Shown here: positions 8,475 through 16,845 of the stretch, one piece after another
Position numbering within the stretch: position 1 is the stretch's first letter
How the letters are laid out: each line of letters begins with the position of its first letter
Source: Deltaproteobacteria bacterium
GTDB taxonomy: Bacteria > JAGRBM01 > JAHCIT01
DNA length: 20,000 nt
Reading direction: 5' to 3'
NCBI GenBank assembly: GCA_026129095.1
Contig: JAHCIT010000005.1
Coordinates: forward strand, 299,753 to 319,752
Program-made: the position numbers and the translations under genes
The notes under the pieces: generated by a model
The model's input: only the letters and a program-made list of their open reading frames with translations
Databases searched by the model: none
Told to the model about the DNA's origin: nothing

Positions 8475-10861
8475 TGTTCCCAGGCATTCCATGGTTCGTT
8501 GAGCATCCTGATCTGTATCGATCGGAGGCTAGTGAACTTCGAGAAAAGTTCCCCGAAATGACGGAGATGCCGGAACCGGATATTTCGGGGCGTGTCTACT
8601 TCTATGGCGCTTTGAAATTCCACTCCGGACGAACGACAACTTCCGTCAATATCGTTTTGTATTATCCAGCCGATTTTCCGTATTCGTCGCCCGCTGTTAT
8701 CCCGGTAGAAAAATTGCCCCACGAGTTGGGGCAAGAAGCACCGCTTCTGCTTGATCGCTCGAATATCCGTTTCTTTTCCGCCCGTCACCAAATGGCTAGC
8801 GGAATGATTTGTCTTTACGAAGCAGATGGCCGCCCTTGGCACCATCTTGCCGTGACGGGTGTTGAAGCACTCCACAGGGCCAGGAAATGGCTACGTCACG
8901 CAATACGAGGGCAATTCCCTAGCGATCTCGATGGCGATCATGCAGAACTCTCAGAACATTACCAGGCAACTGGTGACGTATTGGTCGGCCCGGCAATGCA
9001 TCGAACTAATCTAGGGGCTCCGAAGCGGTTCCTAGCCGTTCAACTTCGACCTAAGCAGCAACTATTCGCGGTAACTCATGTCCAATATGAACACGGATGG
9101 GCAGATGATCGAGCCGTCTTTAATAGACTAATGCCTGAAGCATTTGGGAACGAGCAGTGGTGGGATTCCGCAGGGACGACAGAAAATCTGGATATTTTGC
9201 GGGTGAAACCGGACTGTCTGGTCGGCGAGTGCTACCCCATTTCCGGGGAGCCTCGGCCATATCGATCAGCTTCCGAATTCGCCCAAACGCTATATCCGGA
9301 AAAGGGCGCCGCAGCCATTGAAGCTCTTCAAGAAAAATATGCTGTTGAGCGGACCTGCCGGGAAAAGGTGGTATTGCCTATTCAATATCCAGGCAGGGCA
9401 GGCAGTTGGGAATGGCTATTTATCGAATTGCAAATAAAAAACACTGCTCCTGAACGAATCAAAGCTCCCACAGGGGAGATGGTCCCTCTCTTAGATTTAA
9501 GTCCTTCATCCCGAACAGCACTCGCTACTGCTGTCCCAACAGTATTACGCCAACATGATTTACAGCGCAGAAGTTTGGAGCTTCGCAATGGTGGCCGAGC
9601 CCAGCCGGACATTAATAACTGGACGGTATCGCTATTTGGAGCCGGAGCCATCGGCTCCGAAACGGGCGTGCTTCTTGCCAAAGCGGGAATCGGGAAACTG
9701 AAGATATGGGACAACCAAATCCTTTCAGCCGGGAATACCATTAGGCATCTATCCGGGCTCTTTGGTGTCGGGTTTCCCAAGGCGTCGCTGACGGAACTGA
9801 TGGTTAAGCAGCACAATCCGCATTGTGAGGTGGCGTCAACTTTTGGGGATGCCCTCGATGCGATAACGAGAAACCCGAATGATGCATGGGGATCCAATGC
9901 GACTATCAGCACCATCGCCGATGATGGTGTCGAGTTGCGGTTGAATAAGCTGGCAGTATCGAGCGGCAAGACGGTTTACTATTTGCGCGCCCTCAGGTCC
10001 GGTTCGGTAGGTCAACTGCTGCGGGCTATACCTGGCAGTGGTGCGTGTCTGGAATGTCTGGCGCATTATCTGCAAGATGAGACGCCGGATCCAAAATCGT
10101 TCCCAATGGATGAAATCCCCGGAGAAATTGTCGCTCGTGAATGCGGTAGACCCATACTTGCGGCAAGTGCAATGGATCTTACGACCGTAGCGGCATTTGG
10201 CAGCAGACTTATTCTTGGCGATCTGGCGCAACCGTCTGAAAACAATTTATGGGTTTGGACGACCGATGGTATCCCAGGACATTCGGAACTGGCCAAGCCA
10301 TTTTCGATGGCCTCGTCGTTTTTACCTCCGCACCCAGCATGTTCAGTGTGCCGCCCCAAGGCGATTGGCAATGTTCATTTTCCAAAGGACGTTCAAGCTC
10401 GAATGATAGATTTGGCTCGGCAACATGAGCCGAACGAGACGGGCGGTATGCTTATCGGCTATCGGAAGGGACAGGACGTATTTGTTCTGGAGGCAAGTGA
10501 CGCGGGACCAAAGGCCACCAGCATGCCGTCACGGTTTGAGAGAGATGGGGGTTACAGTGAAACGTATCTAATGGATGCCGTGCGGCGGAATGGCAACGGT
10601 ATTGATTATGTCGGTGATTGGCACAGTCACCCCGGATATCCGGCAGTTCCTAGCCCAAGGGACGCGGTTTCTATGCATGATATTGCGGCAGATCCGGGAT
10701 ACCGTACCGATTACCCGATAATGGCGATAGTCGGCCTGCCCGATAGCGGGAAATCGGGTGATCCTGAATTCACCTGTTACTGCTTTCCCAAGGGGAGCAG
10801 TAGTTACAGCGTCGGTGTGAGGATCACCGATTCTGCTCCAGTATCACGAACAGGCGATTAA
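8474..10861 (+). CDS. E2-E1(ThiF)-JAB fusion, ubiquitin-like conjugation/deconjugation enzyme (Cap2+Cap3-like)
   Basis: E2: YPADFPYSSP...HQMASGMICLY. E1: GAGAIGS, D...GNTIRH...K, Zn pairs CLEC and CSVC, candidate catalytic ECG. JAB: ETGG...GDWHSHPG...PSPRD. TAATG coupling to the MBL gene. Confidence 0.92.
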   Translation: MFPGIPWFVEHPDLYRSEASELREKFPEMTEMPEPDISGRVYFYGALKFHSGRTTTSVNIVLYYPADFPYSSPAVIPVEKLPHELGQEAPLLLDRSNIRFFSARHQMASGMICLYEADGRPWHHLAVTGVEALHRARKWLRHAIRGQFPSDLDGDHAELSEHYQATGDVLVGPAMHRTNLGAPKRFLAVQLRPKQQLFAVTHVQYEHGWADDRAVFNRLMPEAFGNEQWWDSAGTTENLDILRVKPDCLVGECYPISGEPRPYRSASEFAQTLYPEKGAAAIEALQEKYAVERTCREKVVLPIQYPGRAGSWEWLFIELQIKNTAPERIKAPTGEMVPLLDLSPSSRTALATAVPTVLRQHDLQRRSLELRNGGRAQPDINNWTVSLFGAGAIGSETGVLLAKAGIGKLKIWDNQILSAGNTIRHLSGLFGVGFPKASLTELMVKQHNPHCEVASTFGDALDAITRNPNDAWGSNATISTIADDGVELRLNKLAVSSGKTVYYLRALRSGSVGQLLRAIPGSGACLECLAHYLQDETPDPKSFPMDEIPGEIVARECGRPILAASAMDLTTVAAFGSRLILGDLAQPSENNLWVWTTDGIPGHSELAKPFSMASSFLPPHPACSVCRPKAIGNVHFPKDVQARMIDLARQHEPNETGGMLIGYRKGQDVFVLEASDAGPKATSMPSRFERDGGYSETYLMDAVRRNGNGIDYVGDWHSHPGYPAVPSPRDAVSMHDIAADPGYRTDYPIMAIVGLPDSGKSGDPEFTCYCFPKGSSSYSVGVRITDSAPVSRTGD

Positions 10862-11496
10862 CTGGTTGGAAGATTTAGGAATTGGACAAAAAGTTCGCGG
10901 GCGTAATAGCAGCCGAAACGATGCATTCGGGCTAGAGCTATCGCAACTAGTACCCCGAAAAACAACACAGGCCTCCAGCTTCCTGGCCCCTTCTCCCATA
11001 ACAACAGGGCGGCCACGACCAATAAACTGGCGGCGATTCCACGGCACAGACCATAGTTGCCATTGAATCGTTCGATTCGCTCTAGTCGATTAGCCGCGCC
11101 AATTGCCGCATGTATCTGCCGGGTAATCGGCGTCCATTCGGCTGCCGCAATTTTGGATAATTCGACCGGTTCATTTCGGCCGAGTAATTTCTGGAGTCGT
11201 GTTTCGAGTAATCGCTGCTGATCGGGGCTTATCAAGTTCCCACGACCGGAAATAACCCAGTCGGTAGGCATTCCTTTGAAGATTTTCCAATGTAACGTTT
11301 CAAGCCTATTTCCTATGAACTGAACCAAATGGCCAGCGGCGTACGAAAGAATGATAAATACCCCAAGATCACCAAACGACGCTCCCGATGCTTTCGCTAT
11401 CAGGGAGATCGATGGATAGATCAACGATGCGCCGAATATAGTGATTGCGCCTGGCGCTAAAATGCCCGCGAATTCGTAAAAGTCGAATTGCTTCAC
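10858..11496 (-). CDS. Hypothetical membrane protein (2+2 TM helices)
   Basis: 212 aa with two N-terminal and two C-terminal hydrophobic helices around a soluble loop. Its stop shares TTAA with the convergent E2-E1-JAB stop. Confidence 0.8.
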   Translation of the reverse strand: MKQFDFYEFAGILAPGAITIFGASLIYPSISLIAKASGASFGDLGVFIILSYAAGHLVQFIGNRLETLHWKIFKGMPTDWVISGRGNLISPDQQRLLETRLQKLLGRNEPVELSKIAAAEWTPITRQIHAAIGAANRLERIERFNGNYGLCRGIAASLLVVAALLLWEKGPGSWRPVLFFGVLVAIALARMHRFGCYYARELFVQFLNLPTS

Positions 11497-11861
11497 GTTT
11501 GTGCATCCTCAAAGCGTATCTTTGGACAGGTTTTCCGCTTACGCAACTTTAGCCCGCTCACATTCCCCTTTCGGGTAGAAGGATAAAAAGAGATTCGAAC
11601 CGTTGGGACATTTAAGCCCTCAGACTCCGGCATAGTGCCCCAGCCCCTATCGCTTTTTGCGCCGGGGACCGGGATAAAACCGTCCACATAAACATAACCA
11701 GTGATACAAGAACTACCTAACCCCAGTAACTAACTAGCAATAACCCACATATCTAAAATCTCTTGGTCATTTTGCCCCTACCCCCTAATGTGGCGGGATT
11801 GTGCGCCAACCTTAACCGAGTAAAATGCAGACCTGAGACATGGCAAGGAGCCAATAGTTAT

Positions 11862-12380
11862 ATGAGCACGAAACCAAAGACCGATGAGACGAAAGAGAGC
11901 CTGTCCCGCAATGAGGGCAAATGGACCCCAAAGCTGATGGCAGCAGGGTGGGTCGCAATTCCAGCGGTAATCATTGAGCAACAGGCGAAATTGCAGCTCA
12001 GTCCGACCGACATGAATATCATTCTGTTTCTCGCATCCAAGTGGTGGGAGAAAGAAAAACTGCCGTTTCCCAGCAAGAAACATATCGCGGAAAGTATCGG
12101 TATCGACGCGAAGACGGTTCAGCGCAGGATCAGCCAGCTCGAAAAGGTCGGCTATCTGAAACGCCATATTCGTCAACGGGCCGACAAGAGCTTCAAGTCG
12201 AACATGTATTCGTTCGATGGGCTCATCGAAAAAAGCACTCCTCTTGCCATTGAAGCTGTGAAAGAGCGCGCAAAGAAGCGGCAAGAGCGGGAGAGCAATC
12301 TCATCAAGCAGGCCAAAAGACGTCCGAGCGCGGCGCACCTGAAAATGGTTAAGGACGCCGACGAAGAAGAAGCCGATTGA
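11862..12380 (+). CDS. Winged helix-turn-helix protein (HTH_36 / DnaD-N / replication-initiator-like)
   Basis: GWVAIP...LSPTDMNIIL...PFPSKKHIAESIGIDAKTVQRRISQLEKVGYLKR...SNMYSFDGL. ATG 11862 follows AAGGAG (track start is 11763). Confidence 0.85.
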   Translation: MSTKPKTDETKESLSRNEGKWTPKLMAAGWVAIPAVIIEQQAKLQLSPTDMNIILFLASKWWEKEKLPFPSKKHIAESIGIDAKTVQRRISQLEKVGYLKRHIRQRADKSFKSNMYSFDGLIEKSTPLAIEAVKERAKKRQERESNLIKQAKRRPSAAHLKMVKDADEEEAD

Positions 12381-12742
12381 CGCGGTGCCGTGGAGGCCGG
12401 TCGCATTCGACGAGTGGCCCGAGGTCTGAATAAAACAGGGCAGTTCCAGAAGCTAGCAGAAACCACTATGGCGGTGTGAAACGCCAAGGTGATTTCGACA
12501 TGAAAAGCAGCGGTGCTTTCAAGTTAGCTCAGGAGACCGAAGGAAAAAAGCCTTGGACCTGCCAGCAAGGGGCAGGAGATTTCGGAAGGGGTACGACCGG
12601 CCTCCTCAGCGCCGCTTCCACATACGAATCGTTGCTTGGGTAAATACATGCGAAGTTCGTCTTTATGGCATGCGAGCGAGGACATGCCTTGAATCGTGTC
12701 GCCAATACGACGAGCGTGTATTTTCATTTGGAGAGCGATTCG

Positions 12743-13633
12743 TCATGGCCGCTCGTACCAGTCAGGATGATCGATAAAACCAAGGCCGCTCCTGTCGGGT
12801 TGAGGGTATGTCGAATAGATCAAGACGGCACGCAGCCCTTGGCACTGTTGAAAGACATAGGCCGAATCAAAAGCAACACGTTTATCGATCCCGGATATTA
12901 GCGGAAAGGCAATCATCGTGAAGCGTTGAATATCCACGGCTACCGTGAAATTCCCGCTTGCGCCTTTCTTCCAGACGTCCTCAAATTTGTCGTTCCATTT
13001 CCGGCAGACGCGATTTTCCAGGGTTTTGCGCTGTTCATGCAGTCGAGGGTTGAAAAAGACGGGGGTGCCATCACGTGGGATCTGCTCTCCACCCTGAGAC
13101 GGATCAAGAGCACACGTAAGATCAATCAAATATTCCTTTGTCTCTTTGACAACTTTGAGGTCAGCATCTTTACCGTTGCCGAGAGGCACTTCCGTATCTG
13201 CGAGTTCACCGCGAGAGTCGAAGAAGCGCATGAGGAATAACTCCGAAACGGTACTTAGCCCTTCCGGATTGGTCATGGTCCCAATGCTCAGAAGCTTTGT
13301 GGCAGGCCGCGAGATATCCAATACCTTACGAAGTATTCGTATTGAACGATTCGCTTCGTTTACGAACGCCAATGCAAAACGGTCGAGATGGGAATCCGCG
13401 AAACGTGGATCACCCCTCTCGATCGCCTCGATCACTGCCAAGAATCGTGGAATCGTATTGACACGGTCGTCGGGTTGAAGTGTCCACCACCTCCGAAACT
13501 GCTTCGACTGAAAATGATCTCGCAGTAAATCGGGTGTTACCACGCTGGCGAATTCGGCGAATCTCCGTAATCCGGCAAAAGCCAACAACTGGAATTGGGG
13601 CAGGTCGGATTCTGTGTAGATTAATGCGGGCAT
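12743..13633 (-). CDS. Hypothetical protein, possible PD-(D/E)XK nuclease-like fold
   Basis: 296-aa ORF. STVSEL...EVPLGNGKDADLKV...YLIDLT resembles the E...D...(D/E)xK/T arrangement of restriction-endonuclease-like domains. Confidence 0.6.
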   Translation of the reverse strand: MPALIYTESDLPQFQLLAFAGLRRFAEFASVVTPDLLRDHFQSKQFRRWWTLQPDDRVNTIPRFLAVIEAIERGDPRFADSHLDRFALAFVNEANRSIRILRKVLDISRPATKLLSIGTMTNPEGLSTVSELFLMRFFDSRGELADTEVPLGNGKDADLKVVKETKEYLIDLTCALDPSQGGEQIPRDGTPVFFNPRLHEQRKTLENRVCRKWNDKFEDVWKKGASGNFTVAVDIQRFTMIAFPLISGIDKRVAFDSAYVFQQCQGLRAVLIYSTYPQPDRSGLGFIDHPDWYERP

Positions 13634-13813
13634 ATTGAAATCTAATCGTAGAATATAATTTTTCCATCCGGTCGGTCACGAAGCTAGTTAGAGAGTGTGG
13701 ATGACCCAGTTGTGCTAACCTGACCGGGCAAGTTCACCTGCACCAACAGGGAGTATGCCATTATGGATCCAGACGATATTGAATGTAACCTGCCTCTAAA
13801 CGCCAGATGACAA

Positions 13814-15751
13814 GTGCTGTCTGAACGAACCTCAAAACTTATTGAGGGGTGGGCGCGCACCTCCTACGATTCGTTCCGCATCCAGCAACCACAAATTGTG
13901 GTTGACGGCTTGTGGAAGCATGGCGACCGCTTTCTAATTTATTGCCCTAGTCTTGCCTCCGAAGCCACTTCCCGGAGTGGCAAACCGATCCGAGAATGGT
14001 TTGACCAAGAGTGCAGAGCGATCACGTGCCCGGTGGCTATTGTCCCCAGGCTTCCAATTGGTGCGCGCCGTCTTGCCGACAGAACTATTGCGGAAATAGG
14101 TCGCCTAACGGGTGAACCGATTACCCGAGCAGTTTTACAGAACGAAATCGACCTACAGGTTCCTGATTCATTTCCCGATTACTATACGGAAAGCGGCCCC
14201 GGCAGCGTAACGATACATGTTAGCCGAGAGCTTTCTCCCGAGGAGCAAGCTTGTCTTAGCCAATATCTAGAATCACAAGGCGGCGATTTTAAGATCATGG
14301 TCGAAACCCCTGAACGTGTTTCGGCGGCAATGGAAGATGAATCGCGCGCTGAGCAAAATATATCCAATATATTGCCGAAGCACGATCTAATTCTCCTACC
14401 AGCTCGAAAGTTACCCAAAAATCTTCCCGGCAACGTCAAGGATACATATGAAACCGACCAGGAGTTCTGGCTAGATCATAGGGATCGGATATGGTCAGAT
14501 CCGACATTTTCCGTCAATGACGTGTTACCGCCGACGTGGAACGAATCTTCTTCTAAAGGATTTGTAGACGCCTCAGTCTTTCCAGCATCCGATATTCGCA
14601 ACTATTTATCGCTATACGATGTGACATGCATCGCGCCGCCGTTAGACCGTGTGGTGTCAAAAGATGACGGCCTTGGACTTGGCGAGGACGAACTGGTCGA
14701 GTTGATGAAACTTGGCAGAGTCAGGTTGGTCTTTCCGCAATCACTGGACCGCTATTCGCCTTCATTGTTGGCGAAAGCTGCCGCCATAGCCCCTCAGGGT
14801 ATTCTATTTTCCCGACGGCTTGCCGCTGCGAGCATCTGCGACGTCCGGCGACGCGTTCCATTGCTATATCCTGCGTTCGATATTACTGAAAAAAGAAAAG
14901 TGATCCAGTTCCTGGATGTTCTTGCGACTAATGCAGCGTCTCCGCACGGAAAGAAACTTTGGAAAGCATTCGGCGACGGGCTTATCGAGTCATGGCATGG
15001 CCCGGAATATTCGATTCATCTTCGTGGCGCAGTGGGAACGCTCTCTTTTGGCTTTGGCACGATCATCGCCCGGGTCCAGCAAGAGTTCACAGGCCGAGAT
15101 CTTCGGTTGGAGATGTGGAGTTTCGGCTCGGCAGTTGAATGGGCCGGGGCCTTGGGGGCCGCGTTGAACGCACCGCCATCGAACGCGAACGGATACGATC
15201 AGGCTCCCTTGATGGAGCTACTTGCTCATTCATACAGCGGTGTGGTCTCTGACGCGGTACCGGTATTTTCGACCGAGCCCAACGTGATTGTTCCTGAACT
15301 GCTGACCATTTCGAAAGCGGTTCCCGCCGTCGAATTCGCGACCTCATTTATGAGCAGCGATATCAACCGATTTCGCTCACTTGTAAAGAATATGGCGGGC
15401 GCAGTAGTTACGCCGAAAGAACTTCACGCGGTTGTTGAAAAATATAATGCATCAATATCCGCATACGATAAGAACATGGAGCGTTGGTCGAGATGGGGAA
15501 TGAAAGGTCTTGTTTACGGCGGCGCACTCGCGGCGGCTGGCCCTTCGGGTCCAGCATGGGGGTTATTTCTCGATTGGCTCATTGAAGTGATCGAAAATCA
15601 CTTCGGAGAGAAGAGAATCGAAGTGCCGCCGCTTGATAGCATACTGGACTATTGCAAGGTCATTATGGGTCTGTCCGAACGTGGCGCTGTACTGGTATCC
15701 CGTATGCGGAATGACCTCAACAAGAAGCACGAACTTACCCGGTCCGCCTAG
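13814..15751 (+). CDS. Large hypothetical protein (645 aa)
   Basis: Long uninterrupted ORF with globular composition and no recognised catalytic motif. The start is uncertain. Confidence 0.8.
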   Translation: MLSERTSKLIEGWARTSYDSFRIQQPQIVVDGLWKHGDRFLIYCPSLASEATSRSGKPIREWFDQECRAITCPVAIVPRLPIGARRLADRTIAEIGRLTGEPITRAVLQNEIDLQVPDSFPDYYTESGPGSVTIHVSRELSPEEQACLSQYLESQGGDFKIMVETPERVSAAMEDESRAEQNISNILPKHDLILLPARKLPKNLPGNVKDTYETDQEFWLDHRDRIWSDPTFSVNDVLPPTWNESSSKGFVDASVFPASDIRNYLSLYDVTCIAPPLDRVVSKDDGLGLGEDELVELMKLGRVRLVFPQSLDRYSPSLLAKAAAIAPQGILFSRRLAAASICDVRRRVPLLYPAFDITEKRKVIQFLDVLATNAASPHGKKLWKAFGDGLIESWHGPEYSIHLRGAVGTLSFGFGTIIARVQQEFTGRDLRLEMWSFGSAVEWAGALGAALNAPPSNANGYDQAPLMELLAHSYSGVVSDAVPVFSTEPNVIVPELLTISKAVPAVEFATSFMSSDINRFRSLVKNMAGAVVTPKELHAVVEKYNASISAYDKNMERWSRWGMKGLVYGGALAAAGPSGPAWGLFLDWLIEVIENHFGEKRIEVPPLDSILDYCKVIMGLSERGAVLVSRMRNDLNKKHELTRSA

Positions 15752-15849
15752 CAGGTTAACTTCTGGAGGTCCGTGAATGTTCTGCTGTGCCGGGCTCCAT
15801 AGTGTCAATATATTGTTTCCGACACGTGAACGAGACGGAGATCACCCTC

Positions 15850-16569
15850 ATGCCTAAGAGCTGGACCAATGCGCTGCATTCATATTTTTATTGTGCCGAC
15901 CTTTATCGGTATCGAAACGCGCACAAGTATCCGAAGTATTTCAAATCCAAAAGCGCGGATCGCCAATCGACCGCAATTTTTGAAGATCGTTTTCGTTCGA
16001 AATGCGGCAGCGAACTGGAAGTCTGGTATGAGGTAACGTTCTGGAAAATGTACTCCATGAAAGGTAGGGGACAATACCAAACAGACGAGGCCATTCAAAA
16101 GATACTGACTGCCAAGAATACGGCGAAATGCCTAACACTGCTCGCCGACGATTTTATAAGTCATTGGTCTGACCCTATACGATTGAATGCACTACGGGCA
16201 GGGTTGGGTATGATTTCGAAGGCGAAGGTTATGGCTTTGCCGCTCACTTTTGTCAGTTTTCGCGATCCCTATAATTTCCCAATGATTGACACGGTAAGTG
16301 CGCGCTGGATCAATAAACATCTGCTGGCGCACAACCGCCCTGGACGACCACAACTGACCAAATTCGCTACAGTAAAACGAACAAAATCCGGATATTCTGT
16401 CGTTCGACATCCGGATATGCAGTCTTATATTCATTGGGTCGACTGGTGCCGGTGGGTACGCGATCGCCTGAATAGTTCAGGCGATACTGGAATTGATTGG
16501 CGAGCAAGAGACGTTGAAATGGCTGTATTCACCGCACAGCAGGATGGGCTCGCCCTGAATGTGCTTTGA
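15850..16569 (+). CDS. Hypothetical protein, HhH/OGG-like DNA glycosylase-like fold
   Basis: EVTFWK, MALPLTFVSFRDPYNFPMID, YIHWVDWC and WRARDVEMAVF resemble the WK...S..L...P..D...Y..Y...R.VE.AL pattern of stand-alone HhH-like glycosylase families. ATG 15850 is preferred to GTG 15787. Confidence 0.55.
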   Translation: MPKSWTNALHSYFYCADLYRYRNAHKYPKYFKSKSADRQSTAIFEDRFRSKCGSELEVWYEVTFWKMYSMKGRGQYQTDEAIQKILTAKNTAKCLTLLADDFISHWSDPIRLNALRAGLGMISKAKVMALPLTFVSFRDPYNFPMIDTVSARWINKHLLAHNRPGRPQLTKFATVKRTKSGYSVVRHPDMQSYIHWVDWCRWVRDRLNSSGDTGIDWRARDVEMAVFTAQQDGLALNVL

Positions 16570-16845
16570 CCGTTGTCGCGCCCAGAGGAGGGGATGGTGC
16601 CGACTACGCGACATCATGCTTCAATGAGTTTGTAATCCCATCAAGTTGGAAGACTGAGATCAGGATTAAAGTTATCTTCGACGATCTCTGTGCCAATTCG
16701 GCGGCTCGATCCTTTCGTCTTAAGAGGCGCATCGAGACCGAGACGAAATTGGGGGAAGTTCACTTGGATCACCCGTGCCCTTTACTAGATTACTGCCCTG
16801 CCATGTTCGCCAGGATATTCTCTGTTCTTCCCAAGCTCGGAAAAT

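Noticed and set aside
7371-10861. Type II CBASS or ThiF/MoeB cofactor biosynthesis
   Set aside because: No CD-NTase, ThiS/MoaD or thiamine/Moco genes are in view; the partner is an MBL hydrolase.
12381-12742. Structured ncRNA or terminator between convergent genes
   Set aside because: Only short 6-bp stems (AAAGCA/TGCTTT, GGCATG/CATGCC) without a U-tract or a recognisable RNA family.
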